A stretch of DNA of 64,000 bases from the human T2T-CHM13v2.0 reference genome, Homo sapiens. The notes under the pieces were generated by a model, which was not told the DNA's origin, did not search any database, and saw only the letters and a list, made by a program, of their open reading frames with translations. Position numbers and translations under genes: made by a program. Of this stretch, positions 26,480 through 42,422 are shown piece after piece (the first letter of the stretch is position 1; each line of letters starts with the position of its first letter). The stretch lies in NCBI RefSeq assembly GCF_009914755.1, contig NC_060928.1; one strand, 5' to 3'.

Positions 26480-28055
26480 GACATGGCAACCTACACATCA
26501 GATAAAGGACTAATATCTTGAATCTATAAAAAACAAATCAACAAGAAAATAACAAATAACCTCATTAAAAAGTGAGCACAGGTCATGAACAGACACTTCT
26601 CAAAAGAAGACATACAAGGAGCCAACAATTGTGAAAAAATGTTTAACATCACTAATCACCAGAGAAATGCAAATCAAAACCACAGTGAGACACCATCTCA
26701 CACCAGTCAGAGCATCTATTATTAAAAAATCAACAAATAACAGATGCAGGCAAGATTGTAGAGAGAAGGGAACACTTATATATTGTTGGTGGAAATACAA
26801 ATTAATTCAGCCCCTGTGGAAAGAAATTTGGAGATTTCTCAAAGAACTAAAAGTAGAATTACTCTTTGACCCAGCAATCCTATTACTGCGTATATGCCGT
26901 GTAAACCAAAAATAAAATTCTAAGGCCCCCCAACCATCTGAATAGACCCATCCGCCTGGCCAAGGGCATTCAAAGTTAACTGAAAAACTAGTTCAAGCCA
27001 TGATGGGAAGGAGGAGCCAGACATGCGTCATTATATCCACCTCCCTTTTGGAATTATTGATAGAACAGGTCTTTAAGTCTGATAAGAAACATTTACAATC
27101 TATTCTCTCGGAAGCCTGCTTCCTGGAGACTTCATCTACATGATAAAACCTTGGTCTCCACAACCCCTTGTTGCAACCCAGGTATTCCTTTCTGTTGATA
27201 ATAAGTCTTTGAACCAATTGACAACCAGAAAATTTTTAAACCTACCTATGACCTGGAGGTCCCCACTGCAAGTTGTCCTGCCTTTCTGGACCAAACCAAT
27301 GTACATCTTACATGTACTGATTGATGTCTCACATCTCCCTAAAATGTATAAAACCAAGCTGTACTCTAATCACCTTGGGCACATGTCATCAGGACATTCT
27401 GAGGCTGTGTCATGGGCACGTCCCTAACCTTGGCAAATGTAAACTTTCTAAATTGACTGATAGATAAAAGTATCTGTTTCAGATACTTTTGGTTTACAAC
27501 CCAAAAGAAAATGAATTATTCTACCAAAAAGTCACCAGCAGTCATATATTTTTATTGTAGCACTATTCACAATAGCAAAGATGTGACATTAACTCAGGTG
27601 ATCATCAATGGTGGATTGGATAAAGAAAATGTGGTACATAAACATGATGGAATACCACACAGCCACAGAGCCACACACCATGGAATACTACACAGCCACA
27701 CAAAAGAGTGAAATCATGTCCTTTGCAGGAATATGGATGCAGCTGGAGGTCATTATCCTAAGTGAATAAGCACAGAAACAGAAAACCAAATACCCTATGT
27801 TCTCACTTACAAGTAGGAGCTGTACATTGGGTACACATGGACCCAAACATAGGACCAATAGACATTGGGGGTTTCAAATGGTGGGGGTAAGGAGACAGGG
27901 GAGCAAGGTCTGAAAACTGACTTATTGAAAACTATGTTCGCTATTTGACAACAGGATGATTAAAAGACAGTGTACATACATTCAGCATTACTCAATATAC
28001 CCAGGTAACAAACCTGCACATATGCCCCATCAATGTCGAATTTAAAAATAAATTT
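26480..28055 (+). mobile_element. L1PB-like 3' fragment, interrupted by a MER4 LTR
   Basis: ORF 26631-26915 resembles the ORF2 C-terminus (SLITREMQIKTT, CWWKYKLIQPLW); 3'UTR with gtaacaaacctgcacat. Confidence 0.85.
26900..27498 (+). mobile_element. MER4-family (ERV1) solo LTR
   Basis: tgtaaaccaaaaataaaattctaaggccccccaacc...ttttggtttaca (12-bp terminal inverted repeat); L1 resumes cleanly after it. Confidence 0.88.
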
Positions 28056-28994
28056 CCAAAAGTAAATAAATTTTGGCATGTCCTCTAAAATGTACTCTCA
28101 AGATAAAAAGATTTTTAAAAACTACAGTTATTTAAAGAGTAGCTTAAAAAACAACTTTACCTCTTTCAAGAGGCAAAATTTTCATGAACTGTGTTCTTTT
28201 GCCTCCTAATATAAAAGTTATCGGGTACTTTCCCTGCAGTGCATTTAAAACCATTCATAGTAAATGAATCATTTAGAAGAGCAAAAGAGGTTGCTTATTT
28301 ATTCTGTTTTCAAAATTTTCAGTCCACAGCACATATTTATAGATCACTTCACTGATGAAAAACTTTTATACTAATGAGAGTTATCAAGCGTAAGTTTAAA
28401 ACACCAGCAGTGACCATTTTCAAACAAAAGTAGTTTCAAAACACACAATATGCTAGTTCCAGCATTCAGATTTTAATTGATAGATCCAGGCTTCAGACTT
28501 AGCTTTATCTGATTTCAAAGTTTTTATCATAGACATATCATAATGCAGCCACCCAAAGTAAATAATACCATTTATTAGGTACTGACCTAATATATACTTC
28601 ACTGTGACAAATATTACTGCAAAATGTCTAATGTAATTTACTATGTACCTGAGATGGATAGGTAGATAAACAGAATATAAGATATATATATATATATATA
28701 TTTATACATATAAAATTTTATGTACGATTTATATGACACATACAAATATATTTAAATCTTTATGGATAATCACTTCTCCACACAAGATGTGCACAAATAT
28801 TTCCACATGACCACAGTACTGTTCTCTGGAAAGCCTTGAATCAGCTTCAACATTCTTAACACAGTACTTTGACAACAGCTGTTATCAATTATGAAAGCAC
28901 ATTTCTTAGAGTAATTATTGTTATTCATAATTTATTTGTATAATTTGTACACATCTTTTTGTTTTGTATTCACCTTCATCTTTATCTCTTTTTT

Positions 28995-29410
28995 CCAACA
29001 CTATACTCCAGCTAGAATGGCCTTATTTCTCACCTTTAGGCCAGAAACCTATTCTCCTGGCACAACGTCTGAGCTTTAACATTTCATTTAATTGGATGTT
29101 CTTTCCCCAGATTGTCACCTAGCTACTTTCTTCAGCCTCAGTTCAAGTATCAACTTCTCAGAAAAGTCTTCTCTGACAAACTTGGCTAAAGTAGCTATTC
29201 CCTAAATTCTAGAAGCGTTCTAGCACATCACTCTGTTAATTATCTTTATAAGACTTTAAGATTTGAACTATTTTATTAATTTATAACTTTTTATTATGTC
29301 CACTACTAGAGTATAAACTTTCTGAGGGTAGGGTAAGTCCCTGACCTCTCTTATTTATTTTTATATTCCTGATGTCTAAAGCAGAACTGAGAAGACTTTG
29401 AACAAATAAA
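28995..29410 (+). mobile_element. L2 3' fragment
   Basis: ctcagttcaagtatcaacttctcagaaaagtcttctctgac and ccactactagagtataaactttctgagggtaggg. Confidence 0.6.
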
Positions 29411-29589
29411 TATAAATCAACAAATTAATAGAAAAGATATATTTATTATATAGATTGAAATATATAATTGTGTATATATTTGCGGAATTTTAGGTAGTAT
29501 ATATATTAGTTGTTTAGTTCACCTATTATTTAATAAAATGAGCTTGTGACTAGATGACAATAACCATAATTCTTTGAGTTGTTTTCACA

Positions 29590-32500
29590 CACAAAGTAAA
29601 CTCTCTAATTGAAAAACAGAGATTGGCAGAATGGATTTTTTAAAAACCATAATTTAATCATATGCTAGTCCTCTGAAAAGGTGAAAACAATATTTTTGTT
29701 ATACAAAAGAATTATTTTTGCAAAAATAACAAAAAGACAACCAGAGTAGTTATATCAATGTCAGACAAAATAAACTTTAAGACAAAGAAGGATATTTTGT
29801 AATTTTAAAAGACTAATCTGCTAACAAGATATAACAATTATAACCATACATGCACTTAACAACAGAGCCTAAAATATAAAGAGCAAAAATTGACATAAGG
29901 TAGAAAAAGACAATTAAACAGTAATATTTGGAGACTTCAATACCTGCTTTCAATAATAGATAGGAAAACCAGATAGATTAACAATGGAGTATAAGAATTG
30001 AGCTACACTATAAACCAGCTAGACATATTTATAGAACACTCCACCAATGAACAGCAGAATATACATTCTTCTCAAACACACATGGAACATTCTTCAGGAC
30101 AGACATATGTTAAGCCATAAAATGTGTCTCAGAGAATTTATAAGAACTAAAATTATACAGGATATGTTCTCTAATCACAAAAATGGTATTAAAAATCAAT
30201 GAAAGAAGGAAGTCTGAAAAATTCACACACATGTAAAAATTAAGCAAACACACCCCTAAATAACCAGTTGGCCAGAGAATTAATCAAAAGGAAAGTTATA
30301 AAAAACTTTGAGAAGACTAAAATGAAAACACAACATACCAAAACATGAAATGCAGCAAAAGCAGTGCTTAGAGGTATTTACACCTATAAATGCATACATT
30401 AAAAAGAATAAGTGCCTCTAATTATTATACTAAGCTTCCATCTTAAGAAACTAGAAAGAGAAGAGCAAACAAAATTCAAAATAAAGAAGGAATTAATAAA
30501 AATTAGGATGGAAATAAATGAAATAGAGGATAGAAAATCAATAGAGGAAAAAAATCATAAAACCAAAGGTTTGTTCTCTGAAATGATTGATAAAATTTTC
30601 AAACATTTAGATAGACTGAGCAAGAAAAAAAAGATGCAAATGACTGAAATCAGTATTGAAACATGGGATGTCATTATTAATTTTACAGAAATAAAGTACT
30701 TTTAGAAAATACTATGAATAAATGCATGCTAGTAAACAGGATAACCCAAATGAAATAGAAAATATTATTTCTAGAAACTTACATACTGACAAGAGAAGAA
30801 AAAATAGAAATCTTAACAGACCTAATAAGAGTACAGATTGAGTTAATAAAAAAATTTCTAATAAAGAAAATTCCAGAACCAGATGGCTTCATTGGTGAAT
30901 TCTACCCACATTTTAAAGAATTACCACCAATTTGTTTCAATCACTCCACATCAATGGAAGAGAGGAAAGCACTTCCTACCTTATTCTGTAAGATCAGTAT
31001 TACTCTGACATCAAAGCCAAAACAAGACATCACAAGAAAACTACAGACCAATATCCTTTATGAATATAGGTGAAAAAATCTTCAAAATGTAACAGCCAGT
31101 TCAGCCCAGCAATACATCATCATGACCAAGTAGGATTTATCTCAAGGACGCAATGCTAGTTCAAAGTGAGAAAAGTCGATCCATACAGTATACCATATTG
31201 ATAGAATAAAGAAAATAATATACATGATCATTGCTTTAGATGCAGTAACAGCATTTGACAAAATCCCATACCATTTTATGATAAAATCACTTTAAATGCA
31301 AATAGAAGAAAACTTCTTCAACCTGATAAAGGGCATTTATAGAAAACCCATAGCTAACATCAGACTAAATGGGAAAAGAACAAAAACTGTTCCACTTAGA
31401 TAATGAACAAAATAAGACTCTTCTAGCCAACATTGTATGGATGTTCTACTCAGGGAAATTTGGCAAAAATAAATAAAAAATATTAATTCATAAATAAATT
31501 TATATCTCTTAGCATAAGACATAATATCACATATAAAAAGCCATAAAGACCAAATCTATTTGAGCTAATAAATGAATACAGCAAAGTTGCAGGATACAAT
31601 ATTAATATACATATATCAGTTGTATTTCTGTGTACTAGCAATGAACAATATGAAAATGGAACTAATAAAATTCCACTTACAATCATATCAAAAATAAAGA
31701 AATTAAGAATATATTTAAGCAAAAAAATACAAGTACAAATGGAATATTATTCAGTATAGACCAAATGCTAAGTGTATATTTTCATAAGCTTGGGTTAGGC
31801 AAAGTCTTCTTACACATCACACAGAAGCACAAGTAACAAAAAGAAACTAATTAGATTTTATCAAACTAAAAACTTTTGTTGGTCAAAGCACAATATCAAG
31901 AATGTAAAAATATATCCCACTGAATGAGAGAAAATATTCTCAAATCACTTACCTAATAAAGGATTGCACCAAGAGTACATAATGACCTCTTACAACCCAA
32001 CAACAACAAAAAAAAACAAATTTTAAAATGGGTAAATGATCTCAAAAGAAATGTCTTAAAAGAAGATATAAAAATAAAAGAAGATATTAAAAAAAGCACC
32101 TGAAAAGAAACCCAGCACCATTAATCATTAGGAAAATACAAATCAAAACCACAATGATAGCATTTCTCACCCTCTAGGATGGCTATATTTAAAATGACAG
32201 ATAAGATTAAGTGCTGACAAGTATGTGGAGAGTGTGAAAACTTCATCCGTTGTGGGAATTTAACATGATGCGATTGCCCTGGCAGCTCCCAAAATGTTAA
32301 ACATACTGTTACCATATGACCAAGCAATTCCTAGATATATGCTCCAATGAAATGAAAACACACATCCTCATAAAGACTAGTACACAAATGTTCATAATAG
32401 ACAACAAGTGGAAACCATCCACATGTCCATCTGCTGATGGATTAAAAAGTGTGCTATATCCATAAAATGGAATATTATTCAGCATTAAAAATGAATAAAG

Positions 32501-32858
32501 TATCAATACACGCAACAACATTGTTAAACCTTAAAAACACTATGCTAAGTAAAAGAAGCCATTCACAAAGAAGATATGTTGTATTATTCTATTTATATAA
32601 AATATCCAAAATAGTGAAATCTATAGAGACAAATTATTCTAATGGCTATCTAGATCTAAGGCTTGGAGGTTCTGGTTTCAGAACAGAGACAGGCTGGAAA
32701 GTGGCTGCTAATGAGTACAGGGTTTCTTTTAAAATGAGAAGTGTTGTAAAATGGATGGTGATGATGATTACACAACTGTGAACATATTAATATTAAAAAC
32801 CAAATAACTGTTTATATGTATAGTATGTGAACTGTATCTCAATAAAGCTGTTAAAAAT
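29590..32858 (+). mobile_element. L1MB-like element from ORF2 EN to 3'UTR, with internal deletions
   Basis: EN motifs (ggagacttcaatacc, cacatggaacattc), RT motifs (ccagatggcttcattggtgaattctac), 3' end gaactgtatctcaataaagctg. Confidence 0.85.
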
Positions 32859-32874
32859 CAATCTAAATTAGACC

Positions 32875-34445
32875 ATTAAGAAAAATAAATGGAGAAAAAT
32901 TAAATGATCATATCTAGGGATCCAGAAAAGCCTTTGATAAAATTCAATCACCGTTAATTTGAGGAAAAATCTTTTAGCAAATTAAAAACTAAAACAATGG
33001 CCACAAAAAATCCTATGGTAAAATCCACAAAAAATTAAACATCAGGCTTAATTATGAAATACTGAATGAGCCAAATTATGAAATATTGAATGAGCCAAAG
33101 ATATTCCTTTTACCAATTATATTCAACATAGTATTGGAGTTTTTAATATATGCCACAGGCCTACAGATGAAAATAAAAGACTTAAGGATGGGTAAAGAAG
33201 TAATAAAATTGTCATTATTTGCAGAGGATATTATTGTGCCTTTAGAAAATCAAAAAGAATCTGTGGAAAAACCATTAGAATTACTAAGTAAATTTAGCAA
33301 AATCTAAATAAAAGGTTGGCAAAGTGTAAATATATGAAAACAGGAGAATTTCTATGTAACTACAACAAATACATAGGAAATTTAAAACTAGAATTTCAAT
33401 AGCACTGAAAACATCAAATATGTTGGGATATATTGAGTGAAAATATTTGAGAAATCTGTACTGAAAACTGCAAAACACTGTTGAGAAACCGTAAGTCTAG
33501 ATACATGAAGGGATTATACTATGCTCATGAATAGGAAAAATCGTTACTAAGAAAACTGTCTCCAAAATTCCTCTATGGGTTAAATGAAAAATGTATAAAG
33601 AACTCATGTGAATCCAAAGGAAAAGGAAGAAAATCATTAGAATAACGGACAAAAGAATTACACAGGATGTCTGCAATAAAGCATATTCAAATGGACACTA
33701 AACAATTGAAAAGTTGCTCACCTTCCTTAGACTTTAGATATGAAAAACAAAATGACAGTGAAATACCACTATGTAAACTCCTCCAAAAATAGTTAATTTA
33801 AATAATTATGGAATAAACCAAAGTGTGGGCAAAAATTTGAGCTATTTAAACTCTCATATACTGTCAGAGTACAATTACTTTGATCATCTATCTAGCCATA
33901 TCTAATAAAGTATAACATGCATACTTTATTACCCAGTAATTCCATTTGCAGATGTATAGCCAACTGAAATGCATATACACTTTCAACAGATAAACACGTC
34001 ATATTAGAATGTTTATAGCAGAACAACTACTAATAGTACTAAATATTTAACTTCCCAGATGTCCACCAAAAATGGATATATAAACTAATATATTCACAGA
34101 TCAGAATGTGATAGAGCAAGGAAATTATTAAAACTCCAACTTCCCGCATCAATATTGACGAAACTTGCAACAAAAATGTTGAATAATAAATGCTAGATAC
34201 GAAAGAGATTATATTGTAAAAAGTTTAGAAATAGCTGAAACTACACTTTGGTGGCAAAAGTCATGCTAATGGTGACTCTTTTGGGAGAACAGAAACTGAA
34301 GGGCATGCTTCTAGGGTGATGAGAACATGGTTTATTATTCTATTATACTTACATGACCATGTACAGGTTTAAAAATTGATCAAGCTATACGACTTATTTG
34401 TACATTTTGTTCTATACCTGTTATTCCTCAATAAATACTTTATAA
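32875..34445 (+). mobile_element. Ancient L1ME-like fragment
   Basis: ORF 33086-33307 (IFNIVLE...KLSLFAEDII) is L1 RT-like; degenerate 3'UTR ending ctcaataaa. Confidence 0.7.
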
Positions 34446-37120
34446 AGCAGGGATGGCAATGTGAATGAACACATATTTGGTTTGAAGAAATAAAAATATT
34501 GTGATGTGCCTAGAATATGAGAAGAATATTGTGAAGAGAGTGCATAAGGAGAATACTTTGCATAATCCAAACTATAAGAATCTGACAATTAAAAAAGGAA
34601 AAAAACAGCAAATGTCACTACATTTTATGAGTTTATGTCAAGTTCACTTCTCTATACTTCTGAAAATCCAACCTTAAAATCAAGCTAGTCAAACTTCCTA
34701 TGTTTAGAGCCTCTTTTTCTATTCATTAATTCTCAAGGGTATTAAACAGTGACTGAGTAATGTTTGTACATTATTCCAGTAGCATGTAATGTAAATTAAG
34801 CAAGTCTACAAGGTGAGTTAGCTTTAAAAACACCTGTGTTCCTCCTAATGACTCAACACAGTTCAGAGAGGCATTCTCCTTTTGAATTCTTTGTACTGTA
34901 TTTCCAAATGTTAAGATGAATTCTCTTATATTTAGAAGATGGAAACAAGATAGGAGTTGGCCTTTTAAAAAATCTTACACCTTGTTCTAATTCAGTGTAT
35001 TGACTTGTTCTTAGTTGTTTATTCTGCTTTAAATATAGCACTAAAGACTTTTTTAAAATTAAGGAAAATATTTGTCCCTTGGGATTCATCTCATTTCCTT
35101 ACTTAAAAATTTCATTATGATAAGATTCTTATGTTTATTTTGTTTTTTCATTCTCAATCATTTACTCTTCTTTTAATGGTCTTCATATAGTATGATAGCT
35201 TCTTGAATGCAACAACTTAAATTTTCATTTTAAAGAACAATGTAAGTTAAGATGTTTAGTTTAATTGTTAGAACATAATAAGAATTCCAAAATTTAGGAA
35301 TAAAAATGATTGCAAAAGCACATCAATAAATGTACCTGATGAAAGAAACAGTCTCTGTCACGCATAAACTAAAAGAATAGAATTTGGGGAGTGAAATCTG
35401 ATGATTTGCCAATCAATTAAAAGATCATTGCACTAGTTCACGACACCCATAAAAATTTACTCAACTACATATATGCAAATAAATCATCGCATTTAAATTC
35501 CAACACTTAATCCTGTTCCTGATATAAAGTACACAGAGGCAATTGCTTGATGCTTACTGATTAAATTGTAGTATCAAGGTTTTCAGAGCCTGTTCTTCTT
35601 GTGCCAAGCACTTCAATCTTTTCTGTTATCTTGTCTCTTTCTTAAACTTTAAGGATGAATAATCATGGTCCACCATATTAATAGAATAATAGCATTAATA
35701 GAATATCTATGAAGCAGAGCAAATCTATTCTCAAATATAAGATTTGTTGTCCAACTAAACTGATAAGCCTATGATGTCAAAATTACTTAGTAATCCATAT
35801 TAATCTCAATAACATAGCTTCAGATGATATATCCAGGGAAGTTGTATTCTGAATTTGTTCCTTTAAAATTAAAATTGTTATTTATTCCTCATAAAAATTG
35901 AATAAATTATTGATTATGCTTTATCTTCGTTTTAAATAAATGTACATTTTGTCTTAACCACTTTGTTTTTGGCATCTATCATCACATTAATTACACTGTC
36001 ATTACTTCTCATTTTTCTATACTTTCTTTCTCACATTGTTTCCTTCCATTGGAGCCCAGCCCCCATCTGTTTACCCTGATACACAGATTTCTATTCTGGA
36101 ACACAACAGTATTCCTTATGCCTGCTGTTTTTCCTAGCAATTCATCCTTTCGTTCTAGGCATGAATGCCATTCTTAGTCCCAAAATGGTGAATGCTAAGA
36201 TATCAGTAGTAGAGTGTGAGTTTTCATTCTTTTTTTCTCTTTACTTGCAGCAACAGGTTTGAATAGCCAGAGTTTCACAAGGTTCTTCTTATGACAAACA
36301 TATATGACAAACATATGTATATTCTTGTTATGACAAACACTTGGAAACCAGAAATTAGCTAAGTAGTCTTTGATTGTGAATTAGACCAATGCAACTAGCC
36401 TTTACTTGACTGCCTATTTTATTTCATTCTCATGAGAAAAAACCAATAACTATTACATAAAAGTATTACTTTTCCTTGACATCATTATTTTAGATATAAA
36501 ATTATCTTTTATGTGTTTAAAACTGTAGCATGAGATACATAGTAAAATATCAGCAAATAAAGCATTATGTACTCCTGTGTTATAATAAATTATGGCCCTC
36601 ATTCTAAAAGGTGAAGGTACCTTAAAAGTACCTAATTTCAAAATACATTTTGTTAAGAAAAGGGCCTTTGACATGTGTTATAGTTTTTAAAATGGTGCTG
36701 CCATAGGTTTTCCCTAAAAGTAGCATTGACATATGCGCATACAAATAATATATATTTTTCTTATAATTAGGACAACAAGTTTATAATGCGAACGAATGAA
36801 ATACTCTGTACAAAGTAAACCGATGTAAATTTGGGGCAATTAGTCATTGAGAATCTTTGTGTTCTTTAGTTGTCAAATTACAGATAATTTTTTAAAAACT
36901 TCAGCCCCAGCCTTTCACATATATATTCACTACTTATCAAGATGCAAATAGTGATAGCTCATTTTTTTCTGAAAACAATCTAATTGACCTTAAAGAAATT
37001 TTAAAAAAATCAGACTCATAGAAATGGCTGACTTTTCCAACTTAAAAGCATTGCCATCAAAGATAAAAAGCAAAAAAGATAATGCTATGTAAGAACTGGA
37101 AGCAAGGCTGCTGCTCTTGA

Positions 37121-37803
<683 letters not shown>

Positions 37804-38364
37804 TAAAAGTTTGGCAAAACATTTCTTTGACTCTTAATTTATAACTATTTTTCGAAGGAGATTTTTGCATTAACAGAATTGTCTAAACATTTCCCGAATC
37901 TTCACAATATATTTTACTTAGAGGAAAAATCATTTCACCTAAATTTCTTCTTACTCAACACATTTAATCCAGATATAATAAACTGAATCTATGATAATAG
38001 ATTAAAGAATGAATCTATTATAATCTCTAATTTAATCCAGTTTAATTTATTAAGCGTTTCATGAATGAATTACACTTGTTTCAGATTGTATCCTAATGAC
38101 CCATTTTATCAGATTAGATAGTTCTCACAATACCTAGTAAAATAGACATTTATCTCTGAAAAAGCAATACTAATTCTGAACATCTTGGATAATACTTTCA
38201 CCCTGTTCAAAATCTGTTTGGGATATATAAGCTATTTTGAAGAGACCAGAGACGTTGTACTATTCAAGACCTATAGGTATGACTAACCGGCTACAATTAC
38301 TTATAATTGAAACTTATTTAGTTCAAGTGTATTTGGTGTTCTGAAAATTGTTGTGAGGTGTTTT

Positions 38365-38454
38365 TGAAGCACCTATGTTGTCTGGAGTATAAAGCCTGAG
38401 TTTGTCGTCATACACCATGAAAATTTAGGACTTAAGGAGTTTAGGAGCAGAGGG

Positions 38455-38489
<35 letters not shown>

Positions 38490-38634
38490 TTTGAGATGGA
38501 GTCTCACTCTGTCACTCAGGCTGGAATGGAGTGGCGCGATCTCAGGTCACTGCAACCGCCACCTCCCCGGTTAAAGTGATTCTCCTTCCTCAGCCTCCCA
38601 AGTAACTGGGACTACAGGCACACCCACCACGCCC

Positions 38635-38665
<31 letters not shown>

Positions 38666-39279
38666 GTATTTTTAGTAGAGACAGGGTTTCATCATGTTGG
38701 CCAAGATGGTCTCAATCTCTTGACCTCATGATCCCCCCCACCTGGGCCTCCCCAAGTGTTGGGATTACAGGTGTGAGCCACCACGCCCGCTGGAGCAGAG
38801 GTTTACTTGGTAGAAGAGAAAGAGAAACAGCTCCCTCTATAGAGGAAGGAGTCTCTGACTGGAAAGGACTGGCTGGTTGCCAGTGCGCTGAGTTTTATAG
38901 TCCAGTTTGAGGGGGTGGTGTCTCATTTACATAGGGCTGACAGATTGGTTTGATCAGATATGATGGTTAAGTAGTGCATGGGAAAGGCTGGTCGCCCCAC
39001 CCTAATGTTCTTACGCAAATAGGCTTTCCAGATGATCTGAGCCATCTTATCTGCTCCTTACAATACACGTGGCTGGCAGAGAAGGGAAGATGGAGCCGCC
39101 AGTTTGAAAATGTCTAGTCCTTAGTTCCTACTGGCATTCGCCATGCAAGCTCCCTGCTTGTAGGCTGCTCTTTGTTAGAAAATGATTTGGGGCTGCTTTT
39201 CATTAAAAGGAAAAGTCTTACCGATGACTCCCATGCCCTTGCTACCTGCCTCAGTAATTCCTTCTTAACTCCTGTATCA
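38365..39279 (-). mobile_element. LTR9-family solo LTR containing an Alu
   Basis: Reverse strand begins TGATACAGGAGTTAAGAAGGAATTAC, with AATGAAAAGCAGCCCC; ends ...CCAGACAACATAGGTGCTTCA; TTTT on both flanks. Confidence 0.8.
38454..38791 (-). mobile_element. AluS (Sc/Sg-like) with (GT)n in its tail and an expanded linker
   Basis: TSD ggagcagagg (38444-38453 and 38792-38801); GT repeat about 38455-38490; T run 38638-38665. Confidence 0.93.
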
Positions 39280-40351
39280 TTTTTGCACATTATGAGATAT
39301 ACATGTTAGCTAAAACATTCATGTAGACATTATTTTCTAGCATACAAGCTATAACAAAATTCAATTAAAATGAAGCATTCTCAAATGCTTTGAAATGTGA
39401 ACTCACATTCACTTGCTTATGTACTAATGAATTTTATAATATTGTTCTAACTGTGCAGATTGAGAACAGTTCAATGTAATTGAAATCTGTATCCCCAGAG
39501 TCTGGATAATCACTTGCTCTAACAGCAGTTGGCTGGTTGTTTTTTTCTTTTGTAGTTGAAGCCAGCCAACTTTAGGCTCTCTTAAAATAAAATGTTTAAA
39601 GTAGGTCACAGTTTTCTGATTCTTCCTGTTGCTAAGGTTATAATTCATATTAGAATATTGTTTAAAAAAGAGGCCATTTAAATCAACTATTTCCTGAGCA
39701 TTTTGCTTGAATATAATAATCTTTATGAAACCCATGATTTAAAGCTGTTGTTTAGCCAAGGTCACGATGGTGATGTCATGCCTCTTGTTGTCCAGGTGAA
39801 GCAGCTTATAATGAGCCTAAGACTGTCCTCTCCTTGGAGAACATCGCAAAAACAAGCATGGACCCTTTCTTCTTACATACATTATGAAATAATGTAAATA
39901 TGTTTCCTGGCCATAGAAAAGAAAAGTTTTGTATTGGTCTTTTATCAATAAATTATATAAGATGGTAAAATATAAAACTTAAATAGAGCTAATTGTTTCA
40001 TTTACACAGCGTTTCTTTAAATTACTTGATTATAAGAATAAGTTCGGACTTTTGTTTAAAATGCACCTCCCCAGACACCTCCAATCTTTAGAGTGTCTGG
40101 TAAATGGTCTATAAATTTGTATTTTTAATAAATAGCCCTAGCTGATCCCAATCATCAGTGGTTTAATGGAAATTCTGCATTAAGGATCAAATAAACCACA
40201 ACAATCTGGTGAAAATGCAAACAACAAAGCTGAAGCCAGTACAACTCAGGTAAATTGAATTATTCATTACGTATGTAATTTTTGGAAAACAATATGAAGA
40301 AGAGAATTATAAGCCAAGATCCCTAGGCAGGAATCCTGGGTTGAGAGGAGG

Positions 40352-40871
<520 letters not shown>

Positions 40872-41904
40872 TGAAAGCTCTCCAGGTGATTCCAACGTGC
40901 AGCCAGTGTTAACTCTTATTTTAAAGACTACAGGGGGAGAGCTACATTTAGTGTGAACTAAATTCAACTTCAATATCATGTGGATTGAGAAAAACTGGTA
41001 AACTTCACTTTCCTTTCTGGATCATTGCACTAAGCTATAAGCCCTACAGTTAAAAGTTAATTGTAGTAATCATATTTTTAGAGTTTGATCTGAATATCTA
41101 AATAGCATTATAAACTCTATTATTAATTTAAATATTTTTCTATGTAATTTGAAGTTTTTTTGTAGATAAGTATAACTGCTAATAATGACAATTGAGTTTC
41201 TTCCCTTTAAATACTTATTATTTTCATCTGTTTATTTTCATTACCAGCATAGCTAAGACCTTCAAACCTTCAAACTCAACATTTTCTGTAAATTGGTTCC
41301 TGATTTTGACAGGACCACTTCTAATGTTTCATATTAAGATTTATGCTTGCTGTAGGTTTTTGATAGATTCACATTATCAGATTAAAGAAATCTCCTTTTA
41401 TTCCTAATTTGCCAAAAATTATAATAATCTCCTGATGCTTATAGTTATATGATCTTGATGTTTATTGCATCATTATTTATCATTTTCTTAATTTTATTTT
41501 TATTTACTTTCATTATTCTCATTGTTTGAATTTATTATTTTCCTAATTCAGTTAGAACCATATTTTGCTAATTTTCATCTTTTTGTTTGCTTATTATAAA
41601 CATCTGTGACTATTAAATTTCCTTCACGTATTATATCCACAATGTTTACCTTAATATTTTCCTTTTCTATTTGACCAACAAATAATTTTAAAATCTAATT
41701 TAAATAATTGACGACATATAATATTAGTTTTTCTTTCCTTTTTGACCTTAATTTTCATTAAGAAAAATTTCAAATATATAATAAGAAGAGAAATAGTAAA
41801 CCCCTATGTACCCAATAATGAATTGAAACAGCTAATAATTTAAGGTCATATTTTCTTCTTTTACTCCAATTACTCTCACCTCACAACCTCACTCATATAC
41901 TGTA

Positions 41905-42422
41905 TTTTAAAATATTTATCATTTATCTCAAAGATAAAGCAAAAGCATACATCATTTTTTGTAATCTATACTTGCTTCAGTATATATATAGCTAAAGTAA
42001 AAGTTAGCAATTATCACCTAATGTTATCAAATATTCAATTACTTTCAAATTTCTCTGATTTTCAGTTTTTCAATTGAGAATCAAAACATGGCCTACACTT
42101 TGCATTTGGGATTATACACATATAGATTATATTTTATATTATAGATTATAATATAGATTATATTACACTTTAGATTATAGATTACATTTTGGAGTATACA
42201 TTATATATTATGTATTTTATGTTTTAAAGTATTTATCATTTATCTCCAAGATAAAGCAAAAGCATACATCATACTTTCTAATCTGTTGCTGCTTCAGTAC
42301 GTATCTAGCTAAAATAAAAGTAATTACCACCTAATCTTATCAAATATTCATTTACTTTCAAATTTCTCTGATTTTCAGTTGTTCAATTCAGAATCAAAAC
42401 AAGGGTCCACACTTTGTATTTG
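41905..42422. repeat. About 200-bp direct duplication (41905-42108 and 42222-42422) with a low-complexity spacer
   Basis: Shared blocks include aagataaagcaaaagcatacatcat and ttactttcaaatttctctgattttcagtt. Confidence 0.92.

Noticed and set aside
34780-34820. Isolated strong donor AAG|GTGAGT, and others at about 808, 1895, 61112, plus minus-strand sites near 47521 and 58395
   Set aside because: Single splice-like motifs are expected by chance in 64 kb; no convincing paired acceptor or coding frame
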